Below are positions 37,074-45,840 of a DNA stretch of 64,000 nucleotides, in pieces. Location: the NCBI GenBank assembly GCA_030753015.1, contig JASMDC010000013.1:1-64000 (forward strand), given 5' to 3'. The stretch comes from Candidatus Undinarchaeales archaeon. Its GTDB lineage: Archaea; SpSt-1190; JASMDC01. Below the pieces are notes generated by a model. The model was not told the origin of the DNA. It saw only the letters and a list, made by a program, of their open reading frames with translations, and searched no databases. A program made the position numbers and the translations under genes. How positions within the stretch are numbered: position 1 is the stretch's first letter; each line of letters begins with the position of its first letter.

Positions 37074-39086
37074 ATGGCGAGGACAATCATTGCCGTGCTC
37101 ATCGTGGTGTCATTGCTGACAACTGCCCCGGTATCGGTGGAGGCGAACTGGGACGCGCTCGGCGGTGGCAAGGCCTACAACGGCATGACGTCCTTCTTCA
37201 AGGTTACCGTCATGAACCGGGACCGGGACGATGGTGTACGGACATCACTGCTCGTCACCGTGGACAGCGAGGACCTCCATCTGTCAGGTCCGCTGGACTG
37301 GCAGAACGTCCTTCTCAACCGGGCCATGTACACCATTCCTTTCCACCATGGCGAGGAGGACATGGTGCTCGAGACCGAGGCCGTGGAAGTGTTATACGGT
37401 AATCCGGCGACTTACTACTTCGGTATCGAACCCGACGAGGAGTGCGAGACCGGGACCTACCGCGTCAACATCGGCGTCCAGGCGATGAACCCGGACGGGA
37501 CCTGGGCCATCGTCGAGTCCAAGGTACTCATGTTGAGGGTGGAGGAGAGCATCGAAGTGGTTCTCCCCAGTATGGAGCTCTTCGTGGGCGGCGAGGCCAA
37601 GAAGATAGCCCTCCTGGTGAGGAACCGCGGACGTGCTGTAGAGAAGATCGAGGAAGTCTCGGCGACCTTCGAGGTACTCACACCGGAGTGCGATGGCCAG
37701 CTCCTCTTCTGTGACCTGACCAACCGGCCGTGCGATGCGACCGAATGGCGGTTCCGTCCCCAGCGTAAGGATTCGCTCGTCAATACCGAGGATAATCCCA
37801 TCATTCCCTACACCATCAGGGTGGATGAGAGGTTCCGTTGCGATGATTCAGAATATTGCGGGATGTGCGACATCCGGGTCAATGTCACGTACATAACGTC
37901 CTACACCGACCTCCTCCTCAAGCGCAGCTACTCGTCCCAGATAAAGGCCGATGGCCTGGCGCCCATCACCGTCCGGGCCGGTGAGCGATCCGACGTCCAT
38001 GTACGGCTCGTCGGTGCCCGGGCGCAGGACGGTGAGCTCCATTATGACGGCATCCCCGGCGAAGATCTCGAGATCCCACTCCTCATTAAGAACACAGGCA
38101 GAGGCTATGCTCACAGCTGCGAGGCGCTGATAGCTGTTCCGTCCTTCCGCGGAATGGCCGCATACGACATCCTCCAGATAGTATCTCCCTTCGAGGGCCA
38201 GGCGGTCGGGGAAGACCTGGTGAGCGACGGAGTAGTCCTTGATAGGCTCGCACCGGACGAGCTCAGGGAGGTCAGGTACGTCCTGCGCATCAGCCCTGAC
38301 GCACAAGACAACCTTGACAGGATGCCCGTTTTTTTCGAATTGGAATGCATGGACGGGTTCGGACGACAGTACACTGCCGAGAAGGACGGTGGATGGGACG
38401 ATTTCTACATCACCGTGTCCCGACCGATTCCGCCCGAGCTCGCGCTCGATGTCACAGCATCAAGTGACGTCATCGACGGCGATCCTTTCAATGTCGACAT
38501 CACGCTCACCAACATGGCCCCCACTCCCGCTCACGATTGTACACTGTCCGCCAGCTGGTCCGGGCCGGTCCCTGTGGCCGGTGACGGGCACCTCTCCCTC
38601 AGCCGCCAGCTCGGACGTGACACGCCCTACTCGCGTGTCATGGAGTTCACGGTCGTGGTGTCGGAGGACATCAAGGCCACTTGGCAGGGTGCGGCCCCTG
38701 GATCGATACGCATCAGTGGCACCTTCACGGCCTGGTGCACGGACCCGCGAGGAGTGAGCCTCGCCACGACATCGAGGTCGCTGAGCATCGCTGTGCGGGA
38801 GCGCGAGTCCGCGTTCATGAAACGCCGCGACCGCTCATGGGCGAGCCCCGGCCGCTCATGGACGAGCCCCGGTACTGTCGAGCAGGATGTCGTCGATGTG
38901 GAGGACAAGCTGGCCTGGCGAGGTATCCTCGGACTGGGGGTATTGGTCGTATTCATCTGGCTGATCGTCATGCTCAATCATCTCCAGCGGATGATGTCCG
39001 CACCCTTCACGGCCGTGTCCGATGAGGAACGGGACAGGAAGATGCGCGATAAGGAATCGTCCGACGAGGACGTGGATGAGCTGTAG
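37074..39086 (+). CDS. Membrane-anchored surface protein (COG1361/S-layer-domain-like)
   Basis: Signal peptide; repeated Ig-like strands (LLVRNRG, LLIKNTGRG, ITLTN); C-terminal TM (GILGLGVLVVFIWLIVML) with charged tail; small RSWxSPG duplication at 38831-38872. Confidence 0.7.
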   Translation: MARTIIAVLIVVSLLTTAPVSVEANWDALGGGKAYNGMTSFFKVTVMNRDRDDGVRTSLLVTVDSEDLHLSGPLDWQNVLLNRAMYTIPFHHGEEDMVLETEAVEVLYGNPATYYFGIEPDEECETGTYRVNIGVQAMNPDGTWAIVESKVLMLRVEESIEVVLPSMELFVGGEAKKIALLVRNRGRAVEKIEEVSATFEVLTPECDGQLLFCDLTNRPCDATEWRFRPQRKDSLVNTEDNPIIPYTIRVDERFRCDDSEYCGMCDIRVNVTYITSYTDLLLKRSYSSQIKADGLAPITVRAGERSDVHVRLVGARAQDGELHYDGIPGEDLEIPLLIKNTGRGYAHSCEALIAVPSFRGMAAYDILQIVSPFEGQAVGEDLVSDGVVLDRLAPDELREVRYVLRISPDAQDNLDRMPVFFELECMDGFGRQYTAEKDGGWDDFYITVSRPIPPELALDVTASSDVIDGDPFNVDITLTNMAPTPAHDCTLSASWSGPVPVAGDGHLSLSRQLGRDTPYSRVMEFTVVVSEDIKATWQGAAPGSIRISGTFTAWCTDPRGVSLATTSRSLSIAVRERESAFMKRRDRSWASPGRSWTSPGTVEQDVVDVEDKLAWRGILGLGVLVVFIWLIVMLNHLQRMMSAPFTAVSDEERDRKMRDKESSDEDVDEL

Positions 39087-39155
39087 GCCACAAGCCCGAA
39101 AGTGGGAGTGCGTTGGTTGACAGGTTTTTAATAATCCACAGACATTTCGGAGACC

Positions 39156-40517
39156 ATGAAGGTCACGGTCCTCAACGGCAGCCCCAAGGGCGACGTCTCC
39201 GTCACCATGCAGTACGTCGGCTATATCCGCAAGCGCTTCCCCGGGCACGAGTACGTGGTGCATGACATCTCGCAACGGGTCAAGAAGCTGGAAGGTAACT
39301 TGACCGCGTTCAAGGAGGTTGTCGACGACGTCGGTTCATCGGATGTTGTACTGTGGGCCTTCCCCCTTTATCACATGCTGGTCCCCTCCCAGTACAAACG
39401 GTTCATCGAGCTGGTTTCTGAGAAGGATGCGGTTGATGCTTTCAAGGAAAAGTATGCTGCGGTCCTGACCACGTCCATCCACTTCTTCGACCACACCGCT
39501 CACGCCTACATGCATGCCATCTGCGACGACCTGGGGATGCGGTACGTCGGCTTCCATTCGGCCGAAATGAGCGACCTGCTGAAAGAGAAGGGTCGCGACC
39601 AGCTCGTTCTGTTCGCAGAGGATTTCTTCGACGCTGCCGAGCGCAAGAGGGTCACATCACGGGCGAACCCTCCCGTGAACACACGCTCCTGGAACTACCT
39701 TCCCGGTGCAGTCGCCGGGGCCATCGATACGAAGGGCAAGCAGATTATCGTGCTCACAGACGGGACCGGGGGGAACCTGGGGCGGATGGTTGAGCGCTTC
39801 ACTGAGAGCCTCGCTGGTAAGGTGGAGGTCCACGACATCAATGACATCCCACTGAAGAACGGCTGTCTGGGATGCTGCAACTGTGGGCTGGACAACGAGT
39901 GCTCCCAGAAGGACGGCTTCCCGGAGTTCTTCAATGAGAAGGTCCGTACGGCGGATGTCGTCGTGTACGCGGGGAAGGTGACCGACCGCCACCTCTCCTC
40001 CCAATGGAAGAAGTTCATCGACCGCACGTTCTTCCACAACCACGTCCCGGCGCTCAAGGGTAAACAGCTCGGTTGGATCATTGCGGGGCCGCTAGGCCAG
40101 CTCCCCACGCTCAGGGCGACCTTGGAGGGCGAGGCCGAACTGGGTAGGATTAACCTCGTGGACATCGTGACCGACGAGTCCGGTGACAACGAGACCGTGG
40201 ACACCATGATCCAATCCCTCGCAGAGCGCCTCATCAGGCATTCCTGCTCAGGATACATGCGGACGCGCACGTTCCTTGGTGTGGGGGGTGACAAGCTATT
40301 TCGCGACTTCGTGTACAATAGCCGGTTCGTGTTCCAGGCCGACCATGCTTACTACAAGAAGCACGGATTCTACGACTTCCCCCAGCACGAGTACGGAACG
40401 CGACTCCTTAATACTGTAATGACCGGGCTGACGTGGATTCCGCAGTTCAGGAAGGAGTTCAAGAAGCGTACGACCTCCGAAATGATCAAACCGTTCCAGA
40501 GACTGCTCGATGAGTAA
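39156..40517 (+). CDS. NAD(P)H-dependent FMN oxidoreductase, two flavodoxin-like domains (iron-sulfur flavoprotein-like)
   Basis: VLNGSPKG; AFPLY...VPSQYKRFIE; CLGCCNCGLDNEC in the second domain. Confidence 0.85.
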   Translation: MKVTVLNGSPKGDVSVTMQYVGYIRKRFPGHEYVVHDISQRVKKLEGNLTAFKEVVDDVGSSDVVLWAFPLYHMLVPSQYKRFIELVSEKDAVDAFKEKYAAVLTTSIHFFDHTAHAYMHAICDDLGMRYVGFHSAEMSDLLKEKGRDQLVLFAEDFFDAAERKRVTSRANPPVNTRSWNYLPGAVAGAIDTKGKQIIVLTDGTGGNLGRMVERFTESLAGKVEVHDINDIPLKNGCLGCCNCGLDNECSQKDGFPEFFNEKVRTADVVVYAGKVTDRHLSSQWKKFIDRTFFHNHVPALKGKQLGWIIAGPLGQLPTLRATLEGEAELGRINLVDIVTDESGDNETVDTMIQSLAERLIRHSCSGYMRTRTFLGVGGDKLFRDFVYNSRFVFQADHAYYKKHGFYDFPQHEYGTRLLNTVMTGLTWIPQFRKEFKKRTTSEMIKPFQRLLDE

Positions 40518-40531
40518 GCAATTGATGGAGA

Positions 40532-40546
40532 ATGGTGCGCCGGTCG
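40532..40546. repeat. att-like 15-bp direct repeat of the tRNA-Gly 3' end
   Basis: ATGGTGCGCCGGTCG is identical to 42905-42919, which covers the tRNA CCA end and acceptor stem. Confidence 0.8.
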
Positions 40547-40836
40547 AGAACAAAGCGCACACTCACGAGTAATTGTTTACAGATTCACACGTAGAGGGCC
40601 GCATTCTAGGGAAGAAGGGATAGAATGATGTACAGTAGTCCAGACCAAGACGACCTGCTGATGGGCCGGAAAGGTACGAAATTTAAAGACACTCGATAAC
40701 AGAATCCATAGGTGGCAGAAATGGATTCTAACAAACCTACATCAGTGGCCTACAGCCAGGGGATAACCGCACTCATCTTCGTGTCGGCGCTCCTCGGGTT
40801 GTTCATCATGCCCATGGAGGGGTTCGGGCCGTCGGA

Positions 40837-42535
40837 CCCTGATGTGCCCCCTTTTGACACTACACGGGCTCAATAGAGCTTCCGTTCAACGTTATCATTT
40901 CGAAAGCTTTAAATCAGGGTAGTGATAATAACACTACATGACCTTCATTCGCCGTATCAAGAGGGGCGACAGCACTTATGTGTACAATGTGCGGACCTAC
41001 CGTGAGAAGGGTACCGGCAAAGTCAAGCAGGATACCGAGTACCTCGGCAAAGAGGTAGAGAAGGACGGCGAGACCACCATCATTCCACCCAAGAGAAGGA
41101 CAAAGGGATTGCGCTCGATCCTGGATTACGGTGAGCCCATGGCCCTCTACAAGCTCGCCAAGGAGTTCGGCCTGCCCGAGGTCATCGATTCCTGCATCGC
41201 GCCACACACGAGGATCGATGACATCGGCCTGAAGACCACCATCCTGGCCATCAACAAGGTCACTGCGGACGCGAGCCTCAGGGCGACAGGCTCCTGGTTC
41301 TCCCGCACGGCCCTCAGGGAGCGCGTCGATCTCACGTCGGCCGACCTCACCCCCAAGTGTGTCAGAGGCATCCTCTCGCTCCTCTCCAAGGAGACGCCCG
41401 ACGTGACGGGGTTGATCGAGGAGGGCATTGCGCGGCGCATCAAGAAGCTGTACAGCGATGATCTCGACACGCTCGTCTACGACCTGACGCCCATGACGTA
41501 CTACGGCGACTGCAACGACCTTGCCCGGTACGGCCATGCCTACCGTAGCACGGGGGAGAAGCAGGTGAACATGGTCCTTGCCGTGACCATGGGCCACCGC
41601 CTCCCCATCCATCACAAGGTGCTCCCTGGCAACATCGTCAGCGTTTCCACCATCCGCACGTTCCTCAAGGAGCTGGAGGTCTTCGGGGTCAAGAACCTCG
41701 TCCTGGTGCTCGATCGTGGCTTTTACAGCAAGAGGAACATCGAGGAGATCCTGGGCGCGAAGCACGACGTCATCGGCGCGCTGGCATCGAACCTGAACCT
41801 GACCAAGCGGGCGCTCACCAAGAGCGTCGGCATGGAGAACTCCCGGAACCGTATCAGGTATCCGGGGGCCGTGACCTTCGCCAAGGAGTTCAAGGAGGAC
41901 GATATCAGGGCCTTCGTCTACCACGATTCGGAGCGGCGGAGCCGCCAGCTCACCAGCTTCTACGAGGGCCTCACCGAGGTGGAGCGGAAGCTGGACGATC
42001 TGGGTGAGGTGGCGTTCCCGATCAAGGACGAGATGCTGGGGGAGCTGCACGGCGTGTGCGGTGACTACGCCGGGTACATCCGAGTCACGCCGACGTTCTC
42101 CGAGGACTGGTCGTTCACCTACCGGGTGAAGCACAAGGCGGTCCAGAGGACGACCAACCGGTTCGGGAAGACCGTCCTCTTCACCTCCACGAGTTTGAAT
42201 GCCGTGGACGTGCTGAAGCTCTATCGGGAGAAGGACGTGATCGACAAGACCTTCAGGCTGATGAAGGACCGCGGGCTCGGGCCACTGCAGGCGAACCTCG
42301 AGGGATCGACGAGAGCTCGGGTATTCCTGGCGTACCTGGGCTACCTGATGCTCTGCCTTCTGCGAATGAAGCTGAAGGAGGAGACCTCCCTGGAGGAAGC
42401 GCTCTCACGGCTTGGTGAAGTGAGGGAGGTGCTCTACAAGGATGGATCACGGGAACTGCCAGAGCTCACGAAGCAGCAGAAGGCGGTCCTCAAGATGCTC
42501 GGGATGATGTAGTGATAAAAACGGGCACATCTGGG
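40837..42535 (+). mobile_element. IS1634-family insertion sequence
   Basis: Terminal IRs CCCTGATGTGCCCCCTTTTGACACTACA / rc CCCAGATGTGCCCGTTTTTATCACTACA (23/28 match); 6-bp TSD GTCGGA at 40831-40836 and 42536-42541. Confidence 0.92.
40938..42512 (+). CDS. IS1634 family transposase
   Basis: FIRRIKRG..YVY..YRE..GKVKQ..EYLG N-terminus; YDLT, LDRGFYS, YREKDVIDKTFRLMK (the third catalytic Glu appears as Asp). Confidence 0.9.
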   Translation: MTFIRRIKRGDSTYVYNVRTYREKGTGKVKQDTEYLGKEVEKDGETTIIPPKRRTKGLRSILDYGEPMALYKLAKEFGLPEVIDSCIAPHTRIDDIGLKTTILAINKVTADASLRATGSWFSRTALRERVDLTSADLTPKCVRGILSLLSKETPDVTGLIEEGIARRIKKLYSDDLDTLVYDLTPMTYYGDCNDLARYGHAYRSTGEKQVNMVLAVTMGHRLPIHHKVLPGNIVSVSTIRTFLKELEVFGVKNLVLVLDRGFYSKRNIEEILGAKHDVIGALASNLNLTKRALTKSVGMENSRNRIRYPGAVTFAKEFKEDDIRAFVYHDSERRSRQLTSFYEGLTEVERKLDDLGEVAFPIKDEMLGELHGVCGDYAGYIRVTPTFSEDWSFTYRVKHKAVQRTTNRFGKTVLFTSTSLNAVDVLKLYREKDVIDKTFRLMKDRGLGPLQANLEGSTRARVFLAYLGYLMLCLLRMKLKEETSLEEALSRLGEVREVLYKDGSRELPELTKQQKAVLKMLGMM

Positions 42536-42905
42536 GTCGGAGTACCTTGCCGCGCTGGAGACCAACCAGTTCATCGCAGGATTGATTTTCTACATCACAA
42601 TCCTGGGCGCGGTGGCTTTGGGGCTCGCGTATATAATCCAAGAGATTGAGCGGACCCGGGCGGCTTGCCTCGAGAAGCTGTTCGACATGGACGAGAAACT
42701 TGGAATGCTGGTCGAGAAGAAGAAGTAGACTGGACGACAAGATCCTACCGCCTTGAACGTCAGGTTTCGGGACAGCGGCAACCACATCCAGAAGTTCTCG
42801 TAGACATAGGGTTCCCGGTGCACGAGCTCTCCGAAGGTAAGGAGGAGAAACCGAACACGCAAATCAATCCCCGAGTAAAGTCCTCCGAATCGGAGCGTAA
42901 TCGGA

Positions 42906-42982
42906 TGGTGCGCCGGTCGGGATTTGAACCCGAGTTATCTGCGTGGCAGGCAGATGTCCTAGGCCAGCTAGACTACCGGCGC
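42906..42982 (-). tRNA. tRNA-Gly(GCC), CCA encoded
   Basis: rc GCGCCGGTAGTCTAGCTGGCCTAGGACATCTGCCTGCCACGCAGATAACTCGGGTTCAAATCCCGACCGGCGCACCA folds as a cloverleaf with anticodon GCC. Confidence 0.96.
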
Positions 42983-43061
42983 ACCTGACCTCGTGCCGGA
43001 GGAAGCCAAATCTTTTAAGGTTAGTGGTCGGCCTCCGGGCCTCCGTTGTAGCGCTTGTGGA

Positions 43062-43733
43062 CTACTTCATCCGCATGAGCCGGGCAGTGCGTCTGCGCCA
43101 CTCCTTGTCGACTTCTCTGAGCTCCTGCTGGCACTTTTTCACGAGCTCTTCAATGCGCCTTCGCTTGACGTACTTCATGTAGTAGGGCAGTATGTGCTTG
43201 AGCACGGGATTGCGCTGCCAGATGAGCTCGAAGTCCATGTCCACGTACCAGGTGGTCCAGATGGCATAGGGGCCCGTGGGGGGCTCGCCATCGAGCCAGC
43301 CAACTCCCGGCGGGAAGGGCCGGTCCGGGATCCACAGGGTAAGGTACGGGATGCGGATCTGGGAGAACATATAGTCCTCCTCGCGCAGCATGATTCCGCC
43401 GTGGAGGATGATGTCGCGCACCCGTCGTGTGGCGAGGAAGAAGAAGTTCTCCATGATGCGGAACCCGCGCTCCTTCATGAGCTGGATGAAGGTATCCTCC
43501 ACTTCGGGAAAGAGCTTGCCCACGTAGGTGAGCTCGAAGTTCTTTACCGCCACCTTGGACCAGCGGCCCGTGCGTCCACCTGTGCCGAAGGCGTCCACCC
43601 ACGCCGGGTTCTGGCGCGAGCTGTAGATACCACCCCCGACAAACTCGGAGTCCTCCTCCTGCAGCAGCCCCATGAGGGTGGCGCCACGGGGGACCATCAC
43701 GTCCGGCATGCCCACGGGAAGGTTAATCGCCAT
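43062..43733 (-). CDS. Hypothetical protein
   Basis: 223-aa ORF with host-like codon use, starting 1 nt after the upstream stop (operon). Confidence 0.7.
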   Translation of the reverse strand: MAINLPVGMPDVMVPRGATLMGLLQEEDSEFVGGGIYSSRQNPAWVDAFGTGGRTGRWSKVAVKNFELTYVGKLFPEVEDTFIQLMKERGFRIMENFFFLATRRVRDIILHGGIMLREEDYMFSQIRIPYLTLWIPDRPFPPGVGWLDGEPPTGPYAIWTTWYVDMDFELIWQRNPVLKHILPYYMKYVKRRRIEELVKKCQQELREVDKEWRRRTARLMRMK

Positions 43734-43734
43734 C

Positions 43735-45720
43735 TCAGTGCCTCCCCTGCTGTTGTGGTGGGTTCAGATCGAACTTGAAGGCCCCTCTCCAGGCCTCCTG
43801 CATGGCCGCGGTGAAGATGGGCTGCATCTCGAAGAGCAGCGCGTACATAGCCCTCCGGCGCCGGCTGGAGAAGAGCCCGCCGAACATACCGCGGAACCTT
43901 CCGTACCGGTCGATGGGGGGCGCGTCACCGCCGTATGAGAGGCCGAAACCCTTTGGATAGAGCCCGAAGGTCGCCAGGACATCGACGACCGAGTACCACG
44001 ACTCGGCGATGCCCCGGCGGAGGGGTTCGAAGAGGCTCTCGACCCGTTCCACCTGCTTGATGACGATTCCGTCGTTGACGTGCGCGGGATCGAAGCGGAA
44101 TAGCTCGTCCAACCACCCGAACGTGATGAAGTTCACTATCCAGGGAAGCCCTTTACCGAACACCGCATCGAGGATGCCGCCCTCATGGGCGTGCCCGTGG
44201 TCTTCCGTCTCGCCGTACTCCTCGTCCTCGAGGTCCCCCTCGTCCTCCTCGAGCTCTCTTAGCCATTTGGGCTTCTTCTTCTTGTTGAATAGCTTGTTGC
44301 CATAATCGATGGTCTCCCAAGGCGAGAAGCCCGAGGCCTTGTTGAGCCAGTACATGAGGAACGCGTGGGACCGTGCCCGCTTTGCGGGGATGCGCTGGCA
44401 GAACACGGTGGGATCGCCACGCCACCAGACGTTGAATGACGCCCATGAGATCACGTTCGCGAGGCGCTCGACCTCCACGATGCCTATGTAGCTCCACGTC
44501 CTCACCCTGCCCCAGAGGAAGGGGGTCCCGGGTTCGGAGTACACGACCATGGCACGCTCGACGAGGATCTTCCACATTGGTTTCCAGAAGTGCCACATGG
44601 GCTGGCAGAAGAGGAAGTATGCAGTGTACCTTACACGAGGCACCCACTCGATCTGTTCTCTCACTACCCCTTCCATCTGGCCCTTCTCGCTGGTCCTCTG
44701 GAACTCGTTGAACGTGTCGATGCGGATCTTCTCAGCGGCCGCGATGTGCCGGGCCGCCCACATCTTGTAGGACCGTAGGTTGGCCAGCTGGAGCGACATG
44801 TTCTTGTGGATCTCCGTCTTGAGGCGGTGGAGCATCTGATAGTAGTTGATCTTCCAATGGAGGTACTCCTGTAGCTTTCGTTTGAGCACTGCCGCCACTG
44901 CGGGATTGATCTTCTTGTTCTTCACCAGATCGTCCACGCTCTTATAGTCCTGGACCCGGTAGAACCACATCATCACCCCCCGGAAGGTCTCCACAGGTTT
45001 CCCACCGGTCGCGCGTCCGGTCGCGAGGGCTGAGATGCTGGCGTTACCACCGTACTCGTCGATGAAGATACCCCGCACGAACTCCTCCTTCGGTCCCGTG
45101 AGGCATGCTGTTGATACTTCCTCAGACCACTCCTCCACGTTTCCGACGTCGACCTTTCGCCGGTCAGTGACCTCGTTGAAGGTGCGGAGGTTGTCCTCGA
45201 ACACCCCGAGCCTCTCATCGATCTTCTGCTGGTCGGCCCGGAGGTTGTACACAGCGGTCTGGACGGACTGGATGGTAGAAAGGAGCTGCTGGGCGCTGCG
45301 GCGCTGGTAATCCTGGCGCGAGAGGAGTTCGCCGGCCGTACGTGACATGGGCGTGGCGTAGAACGCCTCGTCTAGGATGAAGCCGCCCCAGTAAGTACCC
45401 TCCGAGAAGAGCTGCTCGTGGCAGGCGTTGATCTGTTGGTAGGCGTACTCGATGGCCTTGAAGAGGTCCACATCGGTCCGCATGGCGATCTCAAGGATGA
45501 TGAACCACGAGAATGAGGTCAGGCCGAGGTAGTTCATGAGGTCGTCCACGGACACGGGTTTGCGCTCCTTGAACAGGTCCACGAACTGCTTTTCGGCGGC
45601 CTTGAGGAGCAATAGCTCTCTCCAGGTCTCGTAGAGAATGATCATCACGATGATGAACAAGCCCACTACACCGATATACTTCGCACCGAAGAGTAGAAGT
45701 GCTGCGATATCAATGGCCGT
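43735..45720 (-). CDS. Hypothetical membrane-anchored protein; probable ACG start at 45720 (ORF track start 45666)
   Basis: N-terminal TM. The block LKRKLQEYLHWK...QLANLRSYKMWAARHIAAAEKI resembles a family I recall from DPANN genomes (unverified). Confidence 0.7.
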   Translation of the reverse strand, partial: TAIDIAALLLFGAKYIGVVGLFIIVMIILYETWRELLLLKAAEKQFVDLFKERKPVSVDDLMNYLGLTSFSWFIILEIAMRTDVDLFKAIEYAYQQINACHEQLFSEGTYWGGFILDEAFYATPMSRTAGELLSRQDYQRRSAQQLLSTIQSVQTAVYNLRADQQKIDERLGVFEDNLRTFNEVTDRRKVDVGNVEEWSEEVSTACLTGPKEEFVRGIFIDEYGGNASISALATGRATGGKPVETFRGVMMWFYRVQDYKSVDDLVKNKKINPAVAAVLKRKLQEYLHWKINYYQMLHRLKTEIHKNMSLQLANLRSYKMWAARHIAAAEKIRIDTFNEFQRTSEKGQMEGVVREQIEWVPRVRYTAYFLFCQPMWHFWKPMWKILVERAMVVYSEPGTPFLWGRVRTWSYIGIVEVERLANVISWASFNVWWRGDPTVFCQRIPAKRARSHAFLMYWLNKASGFSPWETIDYGNKLFNKKKKPKWLRELEEDEGDLEDEEYGETEDHGHAHEGGILDAVFGKGLPWIVNFITFGWLDELFRFDPAHVNDGIVIKQVERVESLFEPLRRGIAESWYSVVDVLATFGLYPKGFGLSYGGDAPPIDRYGRFRGMFGGLFSSRRRRAMYALLFEMQPIFTAAMQEAWRGAFKFDLNPPQQQGRH

Positions 45721-45777
45721 TGTAGGTCACCCCTCTGTAGTAACTAGTCGCGTCGTTGGTATAAGTACCACTCAACT

Positions 45778-45796
45778 TTTACACTATCAGTGTAAA
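45778..45796. promoter_or_regulatory. Operator-like palindrome in a divergent promoter
   Basis: TTTACACT-ATC-AGTGTAAA perfect 8-bp arms; TTATATAT box at ~45811. Confidence 0.55.
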
Positions 45797-45840
45797 GTGT
45801 ATATGAATGCTTATATATCTATTACGCCATTTGTATACAC

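Larger units (their letters stand above)
40721..42728 (+). pseudogene. 100-aa two-TM membrane protein gene interrupted by IS1634
   Basis: Removing the IS and one TSD copy joins 40721-40836 to 42542-42728 in frame: MDSNKPTSVAYSQGITALIFVSALLGLFIMPMEGFGPSEYLAALETNQFIAGLIFYITILGAVALGLAYIIQEIERTRAACLEKLFDMDEKLGMLVEKKK. Confidence 0.85.

Noticed and set aside
42590-42862. Minus-strand ORF next to tRNA-Gly as an integrase fragment
   Set aside because: No tyrosine-recombinase motifs recognisable, and it overlaps the real interrupted gene.
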